IMG/VR virus record: IMGVR_UViG_3300019850_000208 | Location: 32,001-96,000 of that record | DNA from: a virus | Strand: one strand, 5' to 3' | DNA: 64,000 nt | Part shown: positions 10,501-19,177 of the stretch, in pieces | How the letters are laid out: every line of letters starts with the position of its first letter | Numbering within the stretch: the stretch's first letter is position 1 | Made by a program: the position numbers and the translations under genes | Notes under the pieces: model-generated | Databases searched by the model: none | Told to the model about the DNA's origin: nothing | What the model saw: the letters and a program-made list of their open reading frames with translations, nothing else

Positions 10501-13251
10501 ATCATCATTTACTGTGAATCCATTAGTGGTATCAATATCCACCGTACTGCCTGATGCCGATACTTCAACCGAGAGAATATCATTACCGACAGAATCAGCA
10601 AAAGCGTGTTGATAACCAGAAGTGATTTGCCATTCAACGGAGCCTGTATCCATTGTGATGATTCTATTGCCTGTTTCGGAATCATACGCACTATCTAAAG
10701 TTGTCGATGCTTCACTTGCTTTAAGTATGTCATATGTGCCTGTGAGGTCCTGGAATCTCCACCGATCAGTAGATTCATCCCAGAATAGGGATACATTAGA
10801 TTGAGAACCACGCTCAACTTCAATGCCCGAGTCTTCAGAAGGAGAACCGCCTGTGTAATTGCTGTTTAATACTATTATATTATCGGCAAGTTCTATAGTT
10901 TCTGTGTTTACTATTGTTTGAGTACCTGTTACTCTGAAGTCGCCATCTATTACAACTTCACCTGTGCCGCTGGTATCTAAGGTTATATCTTCGTCAGCCT
11001 GAGCGGTTAGAGTAATAGCACCTCCAGAACCAGCAGCCGTAATACCTATAGGACCGGCAGTTGTATCTATTCCAATGCCAGTAGTAGCATCAAGTTTTAT
11101 ACCGCCTTGTTGCGCATCAAGTGTTACTGCATTTGCAGTTGCATTACCTGTGCTTTGCAAATAAGCCGTACCGGTTGCAGATAATACCTTTACATTGCCA
11201 GTTCCCTGAGCAGAAAGTGTTACACTTTGATCTGTAGCACCTTGCAAATCCATCTGGCCTGATGTATTCATTGCTATAGATGCGCCAGAATTCTCAGCGA
11301 TATTTATGCCCGCATCTACATCTATATCAACACCGCCAAGTGTATCAATCTTAAATGAACTTGCACCTGTGTCTTGTGGCGAAAATGTAACAGTTCCACC
11401 CTGCACATTGAAATCATATGAATTACTATAATCTATATCAATACCGCCATTAACTGCGTTTAATCGTATGGCGTCTGATGCTGCAAGATCTGCTTGTATT
11501 ATAACATCATTATTTGAGTCTAGAAGAATTGTACTTGTTCCGAGAGTTTGTACATGGAAATCTTGGTTAGAGGTTGGCTCAAAGAAAATCGTTCCAGAAG
11601 ATTGCATCTGAAAACTGGCACCGGAATCATCATCTAAAGTGAAGCCACCATCAGTATCTATATCAATACCACCAAGGGTGTCTAACTTGAAAGAATCAGC
11701 TGCAACATTGCTAATTGTCCAAGTTGATTTATCGGCAACCACATTTACTTCATCGCCCGTTGCGACTGCTTTTACTTCCAGTATTGGGTTACCTGTTCCA
11801 GGTCCTGACACCATCCAGGTTCTGTTATCGCTTAAATCCCAATCAACATCCGTAGTATCAACTGTAATGGTTGAACCATTATTATATGCGGCATCTAATG
11901 AGCCACTGCCTAATGAACCGTTAATTGTATCAATGTCGCCCTGCAGTTCTTCAAAAGCCGCCTGGACATCAGTAGAAGATAAATTGCCGATTGCCTCAAC
12001 ACCGATTAGAGTAGCACCACTGCTACTGGTTGTGGTATCACTCAAATCGCTGACCATGCCCTCTACGGCACTTTGGACTGTGTTGCTCGTATTCCAGCCG
12101 GATGTGGCTAATGGTGTAAATCCTATTAAATCAGCACCAGAACTGGAGTCTGTAACTGAGCCAATTTGTGTTTTTGTATAGTATCTATCATCATGATTAT
12201 GAGTACCGGTTACACCAACAACATCAGTGAAACCATAACCTGTTGCGCTTGCTAGTAGTGGTTTAGAATATTCATTGAATACCTCTATAAATAAGAAGTC
12301 TATTGCTGTTGCTTGTGTAAAAGTATATGCATCACCGTCTTGTTGATGATAGTAAAGTTTATATTCTCTCTTCTGCGCGTTAACACCATTAAGAGCTTCA
12401 GTTGCTGCCGATGTGAGTTCCATAGATGTGTCTGTTCGACCAGTTGTATCAGCAATATAACCAACAGTATTTCCTGTTGCAGGATTAACAAGAGCATCGC
12501 CAGCTTCGAAATCAGTGTTTAAAATTGTGCCGGTACTGGATACGCTCGTACCACCCTGCGATACCGTTACAGTGCCTTTTGTCTTTGTTCTTGCAAAGTT
12601 TTTATCTGTTCCGCTATATGCTGCATTAGCGGTTAAAGTCAGGGAAGTATCATTAGTAATTGTTTGGACAGTACCTATAACTTCTTCAGTATCAACCCTA
12701 ACCAAAACACTGCCAGCCTCCAGTTGGGTTGTAAATAGAGTTCCACCGGTTCCCGATGAGCCGGTTACTGTCGCGCTTCCGGTATTAAACGTTATTGTGC
12801 CAGTAAGAGAAAAGAAATTTTCATGAGAGAAGTAAGCTGTTACTTGGCCATTCTCACCATCATCTATTGGGTCATATGATGAATGCAATCTCATAAGACA
12901 GGTGTAATTTTGGCTTCCAAGGCCCCATTCAGCACTACTGTCGCCACTTGTCAATATACCTTCAGATGAACCATCTCTCGTATGAGCTAATGTTGTAGCA
13001 GCAGATTCAACCTCGGTAGTGACATTATCGCTATTAACGCCGCTAGTAGTCGTGAAATTTTCTATTTTGTCGAAATAGCCATCGAGTTTTGATTCTAAAA
13101 CAGTTTGTTTCGCACCACTGGTCAAGTCGCCGCCTATGAGAGAATTAGTAAGGGCTAACTTGGAGTATGTTATACCAGCAGATGGCGACACCTTTGAGTT
13201 ATTAACTAAGCCATCGCGGACCTGCTCACGCTTTACTTGTGTTGCTGCCAT
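4546..13251 (-). CDS. Giant repetitive tail fibre/appendage protein (2901 aa) with an inserted pectin-lyase-like beta-helix near the C-terminus
   Basis: Repeats GGIDID, ITFDDQYLSSAIPISESGTTGL, TLDEAYDSETGNR; HNHDDRYY motif; parallel beta-helix pattern at ~5580-6450; C-terminal VYLNG domain. Confidence 0.8.
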   Translation of the reverse strand: MAATQVKREQVRDGLVNNSKVSPSAGITYSKLALTNSLIGGDLTSGAKQTVLESKLDGYFDKIENFTTTSGVNSDNVTTEVESAATTLAHTRDGSSEGILTSGDSSAEWGLGSQNYTCLMRLHSSYDPIDDGENGQVTAYFSHENFFSLTGTITFNTGSATVTGSSGTGGTLFTTQLEAGSVLVRVDTEEVIGTVQTITNDTSLTLTANAAYSGTDKNFARTKTKGTVTVSQGGTSVSSTGTILNTDFEAGDALVNPATGNTVGYIADTTGRTDTSMELTSAATEALNGVNAQKREYKLYYHQQDGDAYTFTQATAIDFLFIEVFNEYSKPLLASATGYGFTDVVGVTGTHNHDDRYYTKTQIGSVTDSSSGADLIGFTPLATSGWNTSNTVQSAVEGMVSDLSDTTTSSSGATLIGVEAIGNLSSTDVQAAFEELQGDIDTINGSLGSGSLDAAYNNGSTITVDTTDVDWDLSDNRTWMVSGPGTGNPILEVKAVATGDEVNVVADKSTWTISNVAADSFKLDTLGGIDIDTDGGFTLDDDSGASFQMQSSGTIFFEPTSNQDFHVQTLGTSTILLDSNNDVIIQADLAASDAIRLNAVNGGIDIDYSNSYDFNVQGGTVTFSPQDTGASSFKIDTLGGVDIDVDAGINIAENSGASIAMNTSGQMDLQGATDQSVTLSAQGTGNVKVLSATGTAYLQSTGNATANAVTLDAQQGGIKLDATTGIGIDTTAGPIGITAAGSGGAITLTAQADEDITLDTSGTGEVVIDGDFRVTGTQTIVNTETIELADNIIVLNSNYTGGSPSEDSGIEVERGSQSNVSLFWDESTDRWRFQDLTGTYDILKASEASTTLDSAYDSETGNRIITMDTGSVEWQITSGYQHAFADSVGNDILSVEVSASGSTVDIDTTNGFTVNDDSGAQIAIANTGAVAVIGGNDHTVTLESTGSGTIQLKAINGGVWIINNNSTATDAIKINASTGGIDIDASQGITLDENGGSYLHIGNTGAIDLSSTNNTLTIQTAGTTPGHLILRATAASDNYAMDINSSGGIDVDAANNIAFTTSGGDITFDDQYLSSAIPISESGTTGLALGFTATSVVAALNEVKSDVLAASSTLDEAYDSETGNRIITMDNGSVEWQMTDNYEHNFADSLGNDILSVKALASGDEIQMNVDVLNINVSNNEVDINTTAGFRIDDDSGSYFQMHSGGNINAVSPSNVLLQSQLNVDIQRLSTAAGGNIDIDSRSPDADAILLDAVNGGIDVNADDTMDIDVGIFDLYTDDLSASSVKIDTLGGIDLDVDAGFTLNDNSGGNFQLQTSGKIFFEPASGQDFQVQVPGAGNVNLETTTGTAKIFSVSGGKVELSTNNTSATAIVIAATNTGGGIDIDSDTDTSITSANGDITFDDQYLSSAIPISESGTTGLALGFTSTSIVGAINELKTAGAASTLDEAYDGETGNKIITVDSGSVEWQLTDNYEFNVADSLGADVFSVKALVTGDEIHMDAYAVDIVLTGNTATDSWKLDTAGGIDIDVDSGINIAENSGASMAMNAAGQIDLQGATDQNVTLTTQGTGDATISSVNGRSYIKNTTSAAADAVKIEASTGGIDIDSADGITFNDDSGSKLLFDASGYITMTSGIGQNIDITGFSGSVKLSSTADTKKVWLQSTNATQIDSVVLQSASGGVRVLATAATYGIFTVDADRVDINANNGITIDENSGANFTITNTGAVSLTTASNSALTLGTSGSGTATISATSGQIYLNNTTNTNNDAIWVRAQQGGATIDVAKEVVVQSSSGGITLTAASDNDITLDTSGTGQVLIDGDLTVTGTQTIVNTETIELADNLIVLNSNYTGGSPTEDSGIEIERGSQSNVSLFWDESADRWRFQDLTGTYDILKASEASTTLDSAYDSETGNRIVTMDTGSVEWQITDNYEHNFADSLGNDLFSIRPLVAGDQIVANGDLFDINSASVDIDTTNGFTVDDDSGAFLRIQSSGLVQFYSASGQSMTINASSASLSMQGDYADMSGNIGGDTANAVRLVAGNSTNAAAVRIETTSGGIDIDAGNGITLDDDSGAYVHIASGGAIEINSDDQPATFQTSGGTPGILTISGGATNLNAVDINAAAGGVDIDADNNIALTSANGDVTFDDQYLSSAIPISESGTTGLTAGFTATSVVAALNEVKSDVLAASSTLDEAYDSETGNRIVTMDNGSVEWQMTDNYEFNVADSLGSDILSIKALGAGDTVDVTGNLTVTGEAAFKDMSGTAFLSQFTTFQSALDYLNSNYSGGTLYVDVDNFDLTPEIASAGSAVILYSNITIQGFKGRATRIKSDNTTYRHFEGTDLGNIKFIDLRIIGPGQGQVGGGGIFLTRAGNTNIPHIYMENILLEECAGDGISINTPILSTFINVKTLKCAGHGFNVWGGTSCNFRDCYGITNTQAGFALTNMTYSSLSGCASEACGISYDIVTSNNITLDGCGSESTVNRSGSYPGYAYKITGTQVTLNGCYATASADNAVQIDTGADNTTLIGFRSLSTSGSYALDNSNGGSTTLIECSFDKANNLNSNTKTIESDTIAGSGELKFDDSRTSAIAFSDVSNSSFDDGISTSVIGAINQAYGQAAVTETLDEIYDAETGNRIVTMDNGSVEWQITSGYQHAFADAAGNDILSVEVSGSGNAIDMNVTNGLTIDEDSGAYIHMAPYGAVNINSIGGDATWQTSDSNLTIQTAGGTAGKLTLASGQSSIDAIDINSSGGIDVDAAGDIAFTTSSGDITFDDQYLSSAIPISESGTTGLTAGFTATSIIGAINEAFQTAVEIGYEEQTPDASEASGDYITLTDASLTNQLPTSSKTATELRTSELYVAVYLNGLRLLDTEWSYGYVSTEKRIEFDGTGSSAVDLDTSDDVIVELVKTSA
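6610..10930. repeat. Long near-identical internal DNA repeats: ~6610-6837 vs ~9823-10050 and ~7490-7790 vs ~10629-10930
   Basis: Direct alignment by eye; offsets about 3.1-3.2 kb. Confidence 0.9.
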
Positions 13252-13333
13252 TGTTTTTCCTCCATGTCATTAAGAAAAAAAGTGGGATTAAATACTTTTA
13301 CATTATCTTTGCTTTCTTGATGTGTTAAGTTAC

Positions 13334-15208
13334 TTACAACTTAATTATTTTTATTTTTATTTTTTCATTTTCCTGCAAATCGTATCCCCCGAATCCTGTA
13401 CCGGAGAATTTTATTAACTTTTTTGTATTACCGGAATCATAAAAATAGCGCCATTCATCATCATATTTTTCAACGCCATCTATTACTATATCAACCAATA
13501 TATTGCTGCCTCGCAAAGTTGCCGGACTTATTAAAGTGTCAGCCTGTTCGGTCGGTAATATACTAGAATTGCTTTCTATTTCGTCATTTGTAGCCTCCGT
13601 GATATCTACTACATTTTCTTCATAAGAATGTTCTGGTTGATAGCTTCCAGTAGTAGGGTTGCCTATTACTGTGATATAATCGCCCAATTCACCAGCTTGG
13701 ACAAGAGTAATGGAAGTTGAAGAGGTTTCAGCATAATCTTCGGTTACTCTTTGCAGAAGACCATTATAGAACACCAATATTTCATCATTTCCAACTTCAT
13801 ATGAATTAGTTAGATTAATAACTGTTTGGCCATTTGTTAAATTAAAATTTTCCTGCCATTTAACATCTGTTACTGGCTGCCACTCGCTTACGCTTTCTTT
13901 CCATCTATAAAGAACATTTTCGCTTAACACCAATCTAATGTCGCCATTAGTATTAGATGATAATGGTAAATCTATGAAGTTGGGAACTGGTAATTCCCAT
14001 CTTTCAACACCGGCAGAAATTAGTAACCAAACAGATCCGGTTGATTTCCATCTAAATACGTCGCTGGTATTTAATACCAGCCTGACATCGCCATCGGAAT
14101 TGCCGGATGCAGGTAATGCGCTTTCGGTGGCAACTGGTGCTTTCCAATAAGCTTCTGTTAAATCCGGCAAGTCAGTGAGGTTATTATAACTAATTTTTGG
14201 GCCCTGACCATTTGTACCATCGTGAATATGCCCTAAATCTTTATCAAAGAAGACATTCACTTCTGCGCTTGTGTAATAGCGAACATCTAAAGTACCATTT
14301 AGTAATTCCGATTCGGTATAGTATCTATCATCGAGAACATTATTACCAACACTGGCAGATGGATCAAGTTGCGTCTTTGTATAATATCTATCATCATGAA
14401 AGTGTGTGCCAGGAGATACCATCACCCAGCTAGATGTCGAAGAATTCCATCTGTAAATTCTATTACCATATGTAGTATCGGCAATGTTCTTTACATATCT
14501 AACATCACCATCAAGATTTCCGCTGGCCGGCAAGTCCCCATATGTCGGAACAGGAGAGTGCCAGTATCCTATTCCGCCTCCCCCACCAGAAATAGCTTCC
14601 CACTGAGATAAACCAGAATTCCACCTATAAAGTGTATTATTATCTAATACTAGTCTGATATCGCCATTATTATTGCCGGTAGATGGCAGATCACCTATGG
14701 AATTAACTGGATCAAGCCAATTACTTGAATTCACCTCTGATAATTTGGAGCCAATATATTTATATCCAGTTACTTTAAATGGGATTGTGTATGAGTGTGA
14801 ATTCTGAATGAAAAGATAGCCTGGATTGTATTGCCAGAACCAATCCATAGAATCTGAACTGGAAATTTCTACATCATTATTATCATACAGCCTAACGGTA
14901 TATCCCTGTCCAAACTTTGGGGGGACCCATCCAGTTAGATTATCCGAGCTATAATAAGCATACCAGCCCTTGTGATTTGAAACTGCGAAATCTTCTGTTA
15001 ATGTTAGTAGGGTGTATTTTTGAACTATGCCATTAGTTTCGGCCACGCTTGGATTAGAATTAATTTCATCAACCCAAACATCATTGGCATAAACAGTGAA
15101 AGCTGATGAGCGTATTTCTTCGTATACTTGTTTTGAAATAGATGTCAATGTTTTATCATTCAAAAATTTGAATGAAAAATCTATTTTTGTATTATCAGAT
15201 AAAGCCAA
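13334..15208 (-). CDS. Virion structural protein (TTG start) with four W-x-x-PV..LP..GN..GD repeats, one VFYNG domain and a C-terminal domain shared with the 2901-aa fibre
   Basis: Motifs visible in the translation. Confidence 0.75.
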   Translation of the reverse strand: MALSDNTKIDFSFKFLNDKTLTSISKQVYEEIRSSAFTVYANDVWVDEINSNPSVAETNGIVQKYTLLTLTEDFAVSNHKGWYAYYSSDNLTGWVPPKFGQGYTVRLYDNNDVEISSSDSMDWFWQYNPGYLFIQNSHSYTIPFKVTGYKYIGSKLSEVNSSNWLDPVNSIGDLPSTGNNNGDIRLVLDNNTLYRWNSGLSQWEAISGGGGGIGYWHSPVPTYGDLPASGNLDGDVRYVKNIADTTYGNRIYRWNSSTSSWVMVSPGTHFHDDRYYTKTQLDPSASVGNNVLDDRYYTESELLNGTLDVRYYTSAEVNVFFDKDLGHIHDGTNGQGPKISYNNLTDLPDLTEAYWKAPVATESALPASGNSDGDVRLVLNTSDVFRWKSTGSVWLLISAGVERWELPVPNFIDLPLSSNTNGDIRLVLSENVLYRWKESVSEWQPVTDVKWQENFNLTNGQTVINLTNSYEVGNDEILVFYNGLLQRVTEDYAETSSTSITLVQAGELGDYITVIGNPTTGSYQPEHSYEENVVDITEATNDEIESNSSILPTEQADTLISPATLRGSNILVDIVIDGVEKYDDEWRYFYDSGNTKKLIKFSGTGFGGYDLQENEKIKIKIIKL

Positions 15209-15226
15209 GTATAACGCCTCACTATT

Positions 15227-16258
15227 TTACCAATTAGCTACCGATAACGAGTTTAATTCACTCAGAGTAATATTGTTGGTATATGTTATTTTCATTATTA
15301 TCATATATCCAGAATTATTAGTTGAAAATCCACCGAATGTAAAATAAAAATCATTCCCAGAACTTTGCGATGCTACATGACATCCATCGCCATCCGAACC
15401 AGTAAAAGTGGCAGAGTTGTATGCCAAATCCCCTCTTAGCCATCCTGTTTGTGTTGGAAGTTTAAACTCAACTTTAATATTTGAATATGGCCAGGATGAA
15501 ACGTTCCACGGATCAAATGTAATTATTATATTTGTATGCGGGTTGCCTGCATCTCGTAAAGCTCTTAGATAATATTGTTCTCCGGTAAATCCACTTGAAT
15601 AGTCCGCAGATTGGGCCGGATTATAGCCACTTGTATAATTTGTATCAGGATAGATTAAAACATTTGGCCACACCTGCAATTTCCCATTTGTTAATGTGCT
15701 GTTCGAATTCCATTGACCTGTAATAGCTCCCGGAACACTGTCATAACTTGCGCTTGGCAGCCTATAATATTCATCTCTAAAATATTCATTAGTGTCATCC
15801 GCCTCATTGCCATAGGTGAGAACCATATTATTATCAGAAGAACTATAGGACGTTGTGCCGCTTCCAATAGGATCAGTTCCATATGCACTTAATCTCGCAT
15901 TAGGAGACCATACACCGCTGGTAACCACTGTAATAGTATCTGAATAAGAAAAAGGATCGGTCTGATCTGGAGGAGTTGGTACACCAGAAGCTTCATTATC
16001 GGAATGACTTAATGTTTTATTGACGGCTGCAAATTGACTTGCATTTATATGAATTAAATTGTTTATAAAAGTATTTCTGTATACATTATTTGCGGCAAGA
16101 CTTATGTTAAATACATCATTAATAGAATAGAATCTTATGCCACTTAAATATTTTGAGCTATTAAGCATATTTTCGGAAATAGCTAAGCCAGTGACACCAG
16201 GCCGAGTAGGACTATCATCATAGAATATGTCTAGTTTATTGGTGCTTGACGTAGCCAA
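15227..16258 (-). CDS. Putative virion structural protein (TTG start)
   Basis: Long S/T/N/G-rich ORF in the structural operon; EYFRDEYYRL and KLPTQTGW motifs recalled from large-phage virion proteins. Confidence 0.65.
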   Translation of the reverse strand: MATSSTNKLDIFYDDSPTRPGVTGLAISENMLNSSKYLSGIRFYSINDVFNISLAANNVYRNTFINNLIHINASQFAAVNKTLSHSDNEASGVPTPPDQTDPFSYSDTITVVTSGVWSPNARLSAYGTDPIGSGTTSYSSSDNNMVLTYGNEADDTNEYFRDEYYRLPSASYDSVPGAITGQWNSNSTLTNGKLQVWPNVLIYPDTNYTSGYNPAQSADYSSGFTGEQYYLRALRDAGNPHTNIIITFDPWNVSSWPYSNIKVEFKLPTQTGWLRGDLAYNSATFTGSDGDGCHVASQSSGNDFYFTFGGFSTNNSGYMIIMKITYTNNITLSELNSLSVANW

Positions 16259-16444
16259 TTATTCATCCCTTTTATATTCATTATTGTGATCTAAGATAAA
16301 TTCTTCATTACTACAAAAATCTACTGGTATCATTTTCGAGCCACAGTTAGGACAGTAAATTTCTTGTTTGCCGAACTCCTCTGGGGATACATACACTTGC
16401 ATTCTGTGTTCGCACACCAGACATTCAAATTCACAAGATGGCAT
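16259..16444 (-). CDS. FmdB-family zinc-ribbon protein (PF09723-like)
   Basis: MPSCEFECLVCEH...CPNCGS. Confidence 0.7.
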   Translation of the reverse strand: MPSCEFECLVCEHRMQVYVSPEEFGKQEIYCPNCGSKMIPVDFCSNEEFILDHNNEYKRDE

Positions 16445-16511
16445 TTAATAGTTTCCTTAACTTATTTTATTAATAAAATCAAACTGTTGTTCTTGTTTAG
16501 CTTTTTATTTT

Positions 16512-16706
16512 TTATACACTTTGTAAATTCGCCTGTTCTGCTATTCTTCTTTGTAATATTTCTTCGTGTTCATTACCTATTTCTGTTTGTGTAGGTTTTT
16601 TATCATACAAAACAACTTCAGTTTCAATGTTTCCTAAATCGTCTACAATCTCAAAAGTATACTCATAAGTAGGTAATACTCTATCAATTACTGAACCTTT
16701 TGTCAT
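16512..16706 (-). CDS. Small hypothetical protein, possibly C-terminally truncated
   Basis: GGAG RBS; an out-of-frame AKQEQQFDFINKIS* follows the stop. Confidence 0.55.
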   Translation of the reverse strand: MTKGSVIDRVLPTYEYTFEIVDDLGNIETEVVLYDKKPTQTEIGNEHEEILQRRIAEQANLQSV

Positions 16707-16715
16707 AGTTATCTC

Positions 16716-17246
16716 CTATGCCATTTTCTTAATAAATATTAAACTATAATATGCTGGTTTGTTTTCGTGTGCTGAACCACCACCTGAATAGTTAGTTGGA
16801 CATTGATTAGTGCCGCTTCGTATATCATTTGTAATTCCACCACCTGTATAACCTTTATAAGCAACGGTCCCTCCAGTTTCTCCACCCGTTTTTATTTCAT
16901 GACTATGTATTGGCATTTCACTAATTGTCAATGTGTGGGTATCTTCACCACCTGTATTTCCACTTGCATTTTCAGACCGAATAAACCTATTGAGAAGGTT
17001 TGGAGCGCCATTGCCATTACAAACTTTCCATCCAGCAAGCGTTGCTGTATCGCCTGTTCTATCACCAATGTCTTCAGTTCTTGTAGCCACATCGGCTATA
17101 CCAGTTCCATCATACATTAAAATCACGCCCACCGGCAAAGCGGCCTGTACATCATTTGCTGCAGCGCCAGATGTTACGGCAGTTTCCACTTTAGTTTCAA
17201 AACTGCTTGTCTCTATATCAGTGCCTTTTATTTTTGTTACTGGCAT
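16716..17246 (-). CDS. Short tail-fibre tip protein (tail-collar-like, HxH metal motif)
   Basis: LPVGVILMYDG..GWKVCNG..PNLLNRFIR..GGEDTHTLT..EMPIHSH..AHENKPAYYSLIFI. Confidence 0.8.
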   Translation of the reverse strand: MPVTKIKGTDIETSSFETKVETAVTSGAAANDVQAALPVGVILMYDGTGIADVATRTEDIGDRTGDTATLAGWKVCNGNGAPNLLNRFIRSENASGNTGGEDTHTLTISEMPIHSHEIKTGGETGGTVAYKGYTGGGITNDIRSGTNQCPTNYSGGGSAHENKPAYYSLIFIKKMA

Positions 17247-17255
17247 TTATTCCTC

Positions 17256-17744
17256 CTATGAATAATTCCACACTACCGCTTCCACACCGGTTCTATCTGA
17301 AGCGGAATTTATCTCCGTTTCTAATTGATTTGAATAATCACGAATGTTCTGACGTTCCAACAACAATGCTTGGTATTCATTATCAGAAAGACTTGTGCTG
17401 GAGCCGGTGCTATCATCTGCTAATTGATCTCTGTGTCTTAACACTTTCCAATCAGTTGCTTTGAGTTCATAATATGCAGACTGTTTAATGTATGCAATTC
17501 TATCGTCTTTAAGTTCCGCTAAAGGATAATAATCTTCTATATTTATTTCAACAATTTCTCCATCTATGTATTTATATAGAAAATGATTATAAAAATCGGT
17601 TAGAATAAGATTATAATGCCGTTCAATTGTGCCTTCTGGGGTGATGCATATATCATTCTGTTGAGGTGTTTCGAAAGCATCTGAAAATGCATGGATTATG
17701 ATATTGTTGTCATCTAATCTTACATAATGTTTATAGTTATTCAT
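17256..17744 (-). CDS. Tail fibre assembly chaperone-like protein
   Basis: LKATDWKVLRHRDQ...EYQALLLERQNIRD...VEAVVW. Confidence 0.7.
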   Translation of the reverse strand: MNNYKHYVRLDDNNIIIHAFSDAFETPQQNDICITPEGTIERHYNLILTDFYNHFLYKYIDGEIVEINIEDYYPLAELKDDRIAYIKQSAYYELKATDWKVLRHRDQLADDSTGSSTSLSDNEYQALLLERQNIRDYSNQLETEINSASDRTGVEAVVWNYS

Positions 17745-18010
17745 TTTTTCCTCATTTCTTCTAATCTTTTGTTACGCTCTTTTGCTAATTCCAAAGGAAT
17801 ATCCTTAACAAGATTTTTCTTTTCTCCAAATGATATTTTTTGTGGATTCTTATCTGTTCTATCAAGTATTATTCTATCTCGTACCCGTCTCACTTTTTCT
17901 CTTGCAGCATTTTCTAACCAATCAATAAATGAATAGCAATCTGTTTCTATTACCCGTTGGTCTTCATCATCTATTTGAATTGTTTTTATTTCGTCTGATA
18001 TTGTTATCAT
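17741..18010 (-). CDS. Small hypothetical protein, tail-fibre-associated
   Basis: GGAG RBS; ATGA overlap with the downstream gene. Confidence 0.65.
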   Translation of the reverse strand: MITISDEIKTIQIDDEDQRVIETDCYSFIDWLENAAREKVRRVRDRIILDRTDKNPQKISFGEKKNLVKDIPLELAKERNKRLEEMRKK

Positions 18011-18019
18011 TATAATCTC

Positions 18020-19162
18020 CTATGCAAACTTATGTATGTTGAAATAATCATAAACAACATGTGCATATGTATTGACTGCTCCACCCTGATTATGATAAGC
18101 CCTTATATCTACATAATCATTTTTTGCTAAATAAATATCAGTGGCTAATTTAGTATCTACATAAAATGTACCTGCTGCATAAACCATATTTCTGTAACCA
18201 AAAACTACCTCAACTTCATTCCTAAAAAGGGCTATACGCCAATATTCACCGGCATCCCATGCTACACTGTTAGAAAGTAAACCAGCATCTGCATGGTAAT
18301 ATCCGCCTTCTTTTGCCGTAAATCTGTAATTTGTAATATTATCATATTCATTATTAAGATCGTATTCTTTATCATCATATTTTACAATTGTCCATGTATC
18401 ATTAGGAATCGACTGTACATCATCTTTTGTAATTCTACATGCACTCTGCTTTGGGAAATCTATAATACCATTATCGTGTATTCTTTGTGCTTCGACACCG
18501 GCTACTTTTGCAACAATTTCATCTTTGTCTGAAGTTTCTTCAACTTCGATATAAGTATCACCATCTGCATCACCTAATTTTTTACCAACTCCTAATATAG
18601 TATCTGATAATGTCGTAGTTCCACTAACCTCTAAAGTACTCAAAAACCACGCATCCCCAATTTGAGTAGGAGTAGATTTAATTTTACAAATTGATATAAT
18701 AAGTTCATTAGCATACTCACTACTAAGACCACTATCATATAAACTACTATTATCATCATTTATAAGTGGTGCTACAGCAAAATCACTATCTGGGTCATTA
18801 AGAGTTTGACCATTTGCTTCTACCCAGCCTGAAGGTAATTCTGGTTCATCATAAACAGCATAACTTTCATTTCCATCTGGAAAAGCATTATAATCCAAAG
18901 TTAAATCATTTGCAGAAACATTTAGTACTACTGCAAATATTTTATCAGTAGAATTATAAACAATATCACCAACTGATATAGTAGAAAAAGCTTCCGAGGA
19001 ATCCTTTAAATGATTTTCAGTATATGAATCTGCTGTACTAGATATTAGAGCAGTCTGAGTAATTGCATATCTGCTTTTCATCCAATACATAATTGTTCCA
19101 ATAGGTGAATCATCAAAATAAAGTCTACCACCTATAGGCTGTGATAAATGTTTTGTACTCAA
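18020..19162 (-). CDS. Tail fibre protein with an interrupted collar-like N-terminus and a C1q/TNF-like tip (TTG start)
   Basis: PIGTIMYW...LPSGWVEANGQ; DADGDTYIEVE; QSIPNDTWTIVKYD..EYD...YRFTAKEGGYY (C1q pattern, PF00386-like). Confidence 0.7.
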   Translation of the reverse strand: MSTKHLSQPIGGRLYFDDSPIGTIMYWMKSRYAITQTALISSTADSYTENHLKDSSEAFSTISVGDIVYNSTDKIFAVVLNVSANDLTLDYNAFPDGNESYAVYDEPELPSGWVEANGQTLNDPDSDFAVAPLINDDNSSLYDSGLSSEYANELIISICKIKSTPTQIGDAWFLSTLEVSGTTTLSDTILGVGKKLGDADGDTYIEVEETSDKDEIVAKVAGVEAQRIHDNGIIDFPKQSACRITKDDVQSIPNDTWTIVKYDDKEYDLNNEYDNITNYRFTAKEGGYYHADAGLLSNSVAWDAGEYWRIALFRNEVEVVFGYRNMVYAAGTFYVDTKLATDIYLAKNDYVDIRAYHNQGGAVNTYAHVVYDYFNIHKFA

Positions 19163-19177
19163 TTTAAATTCTCCTTA

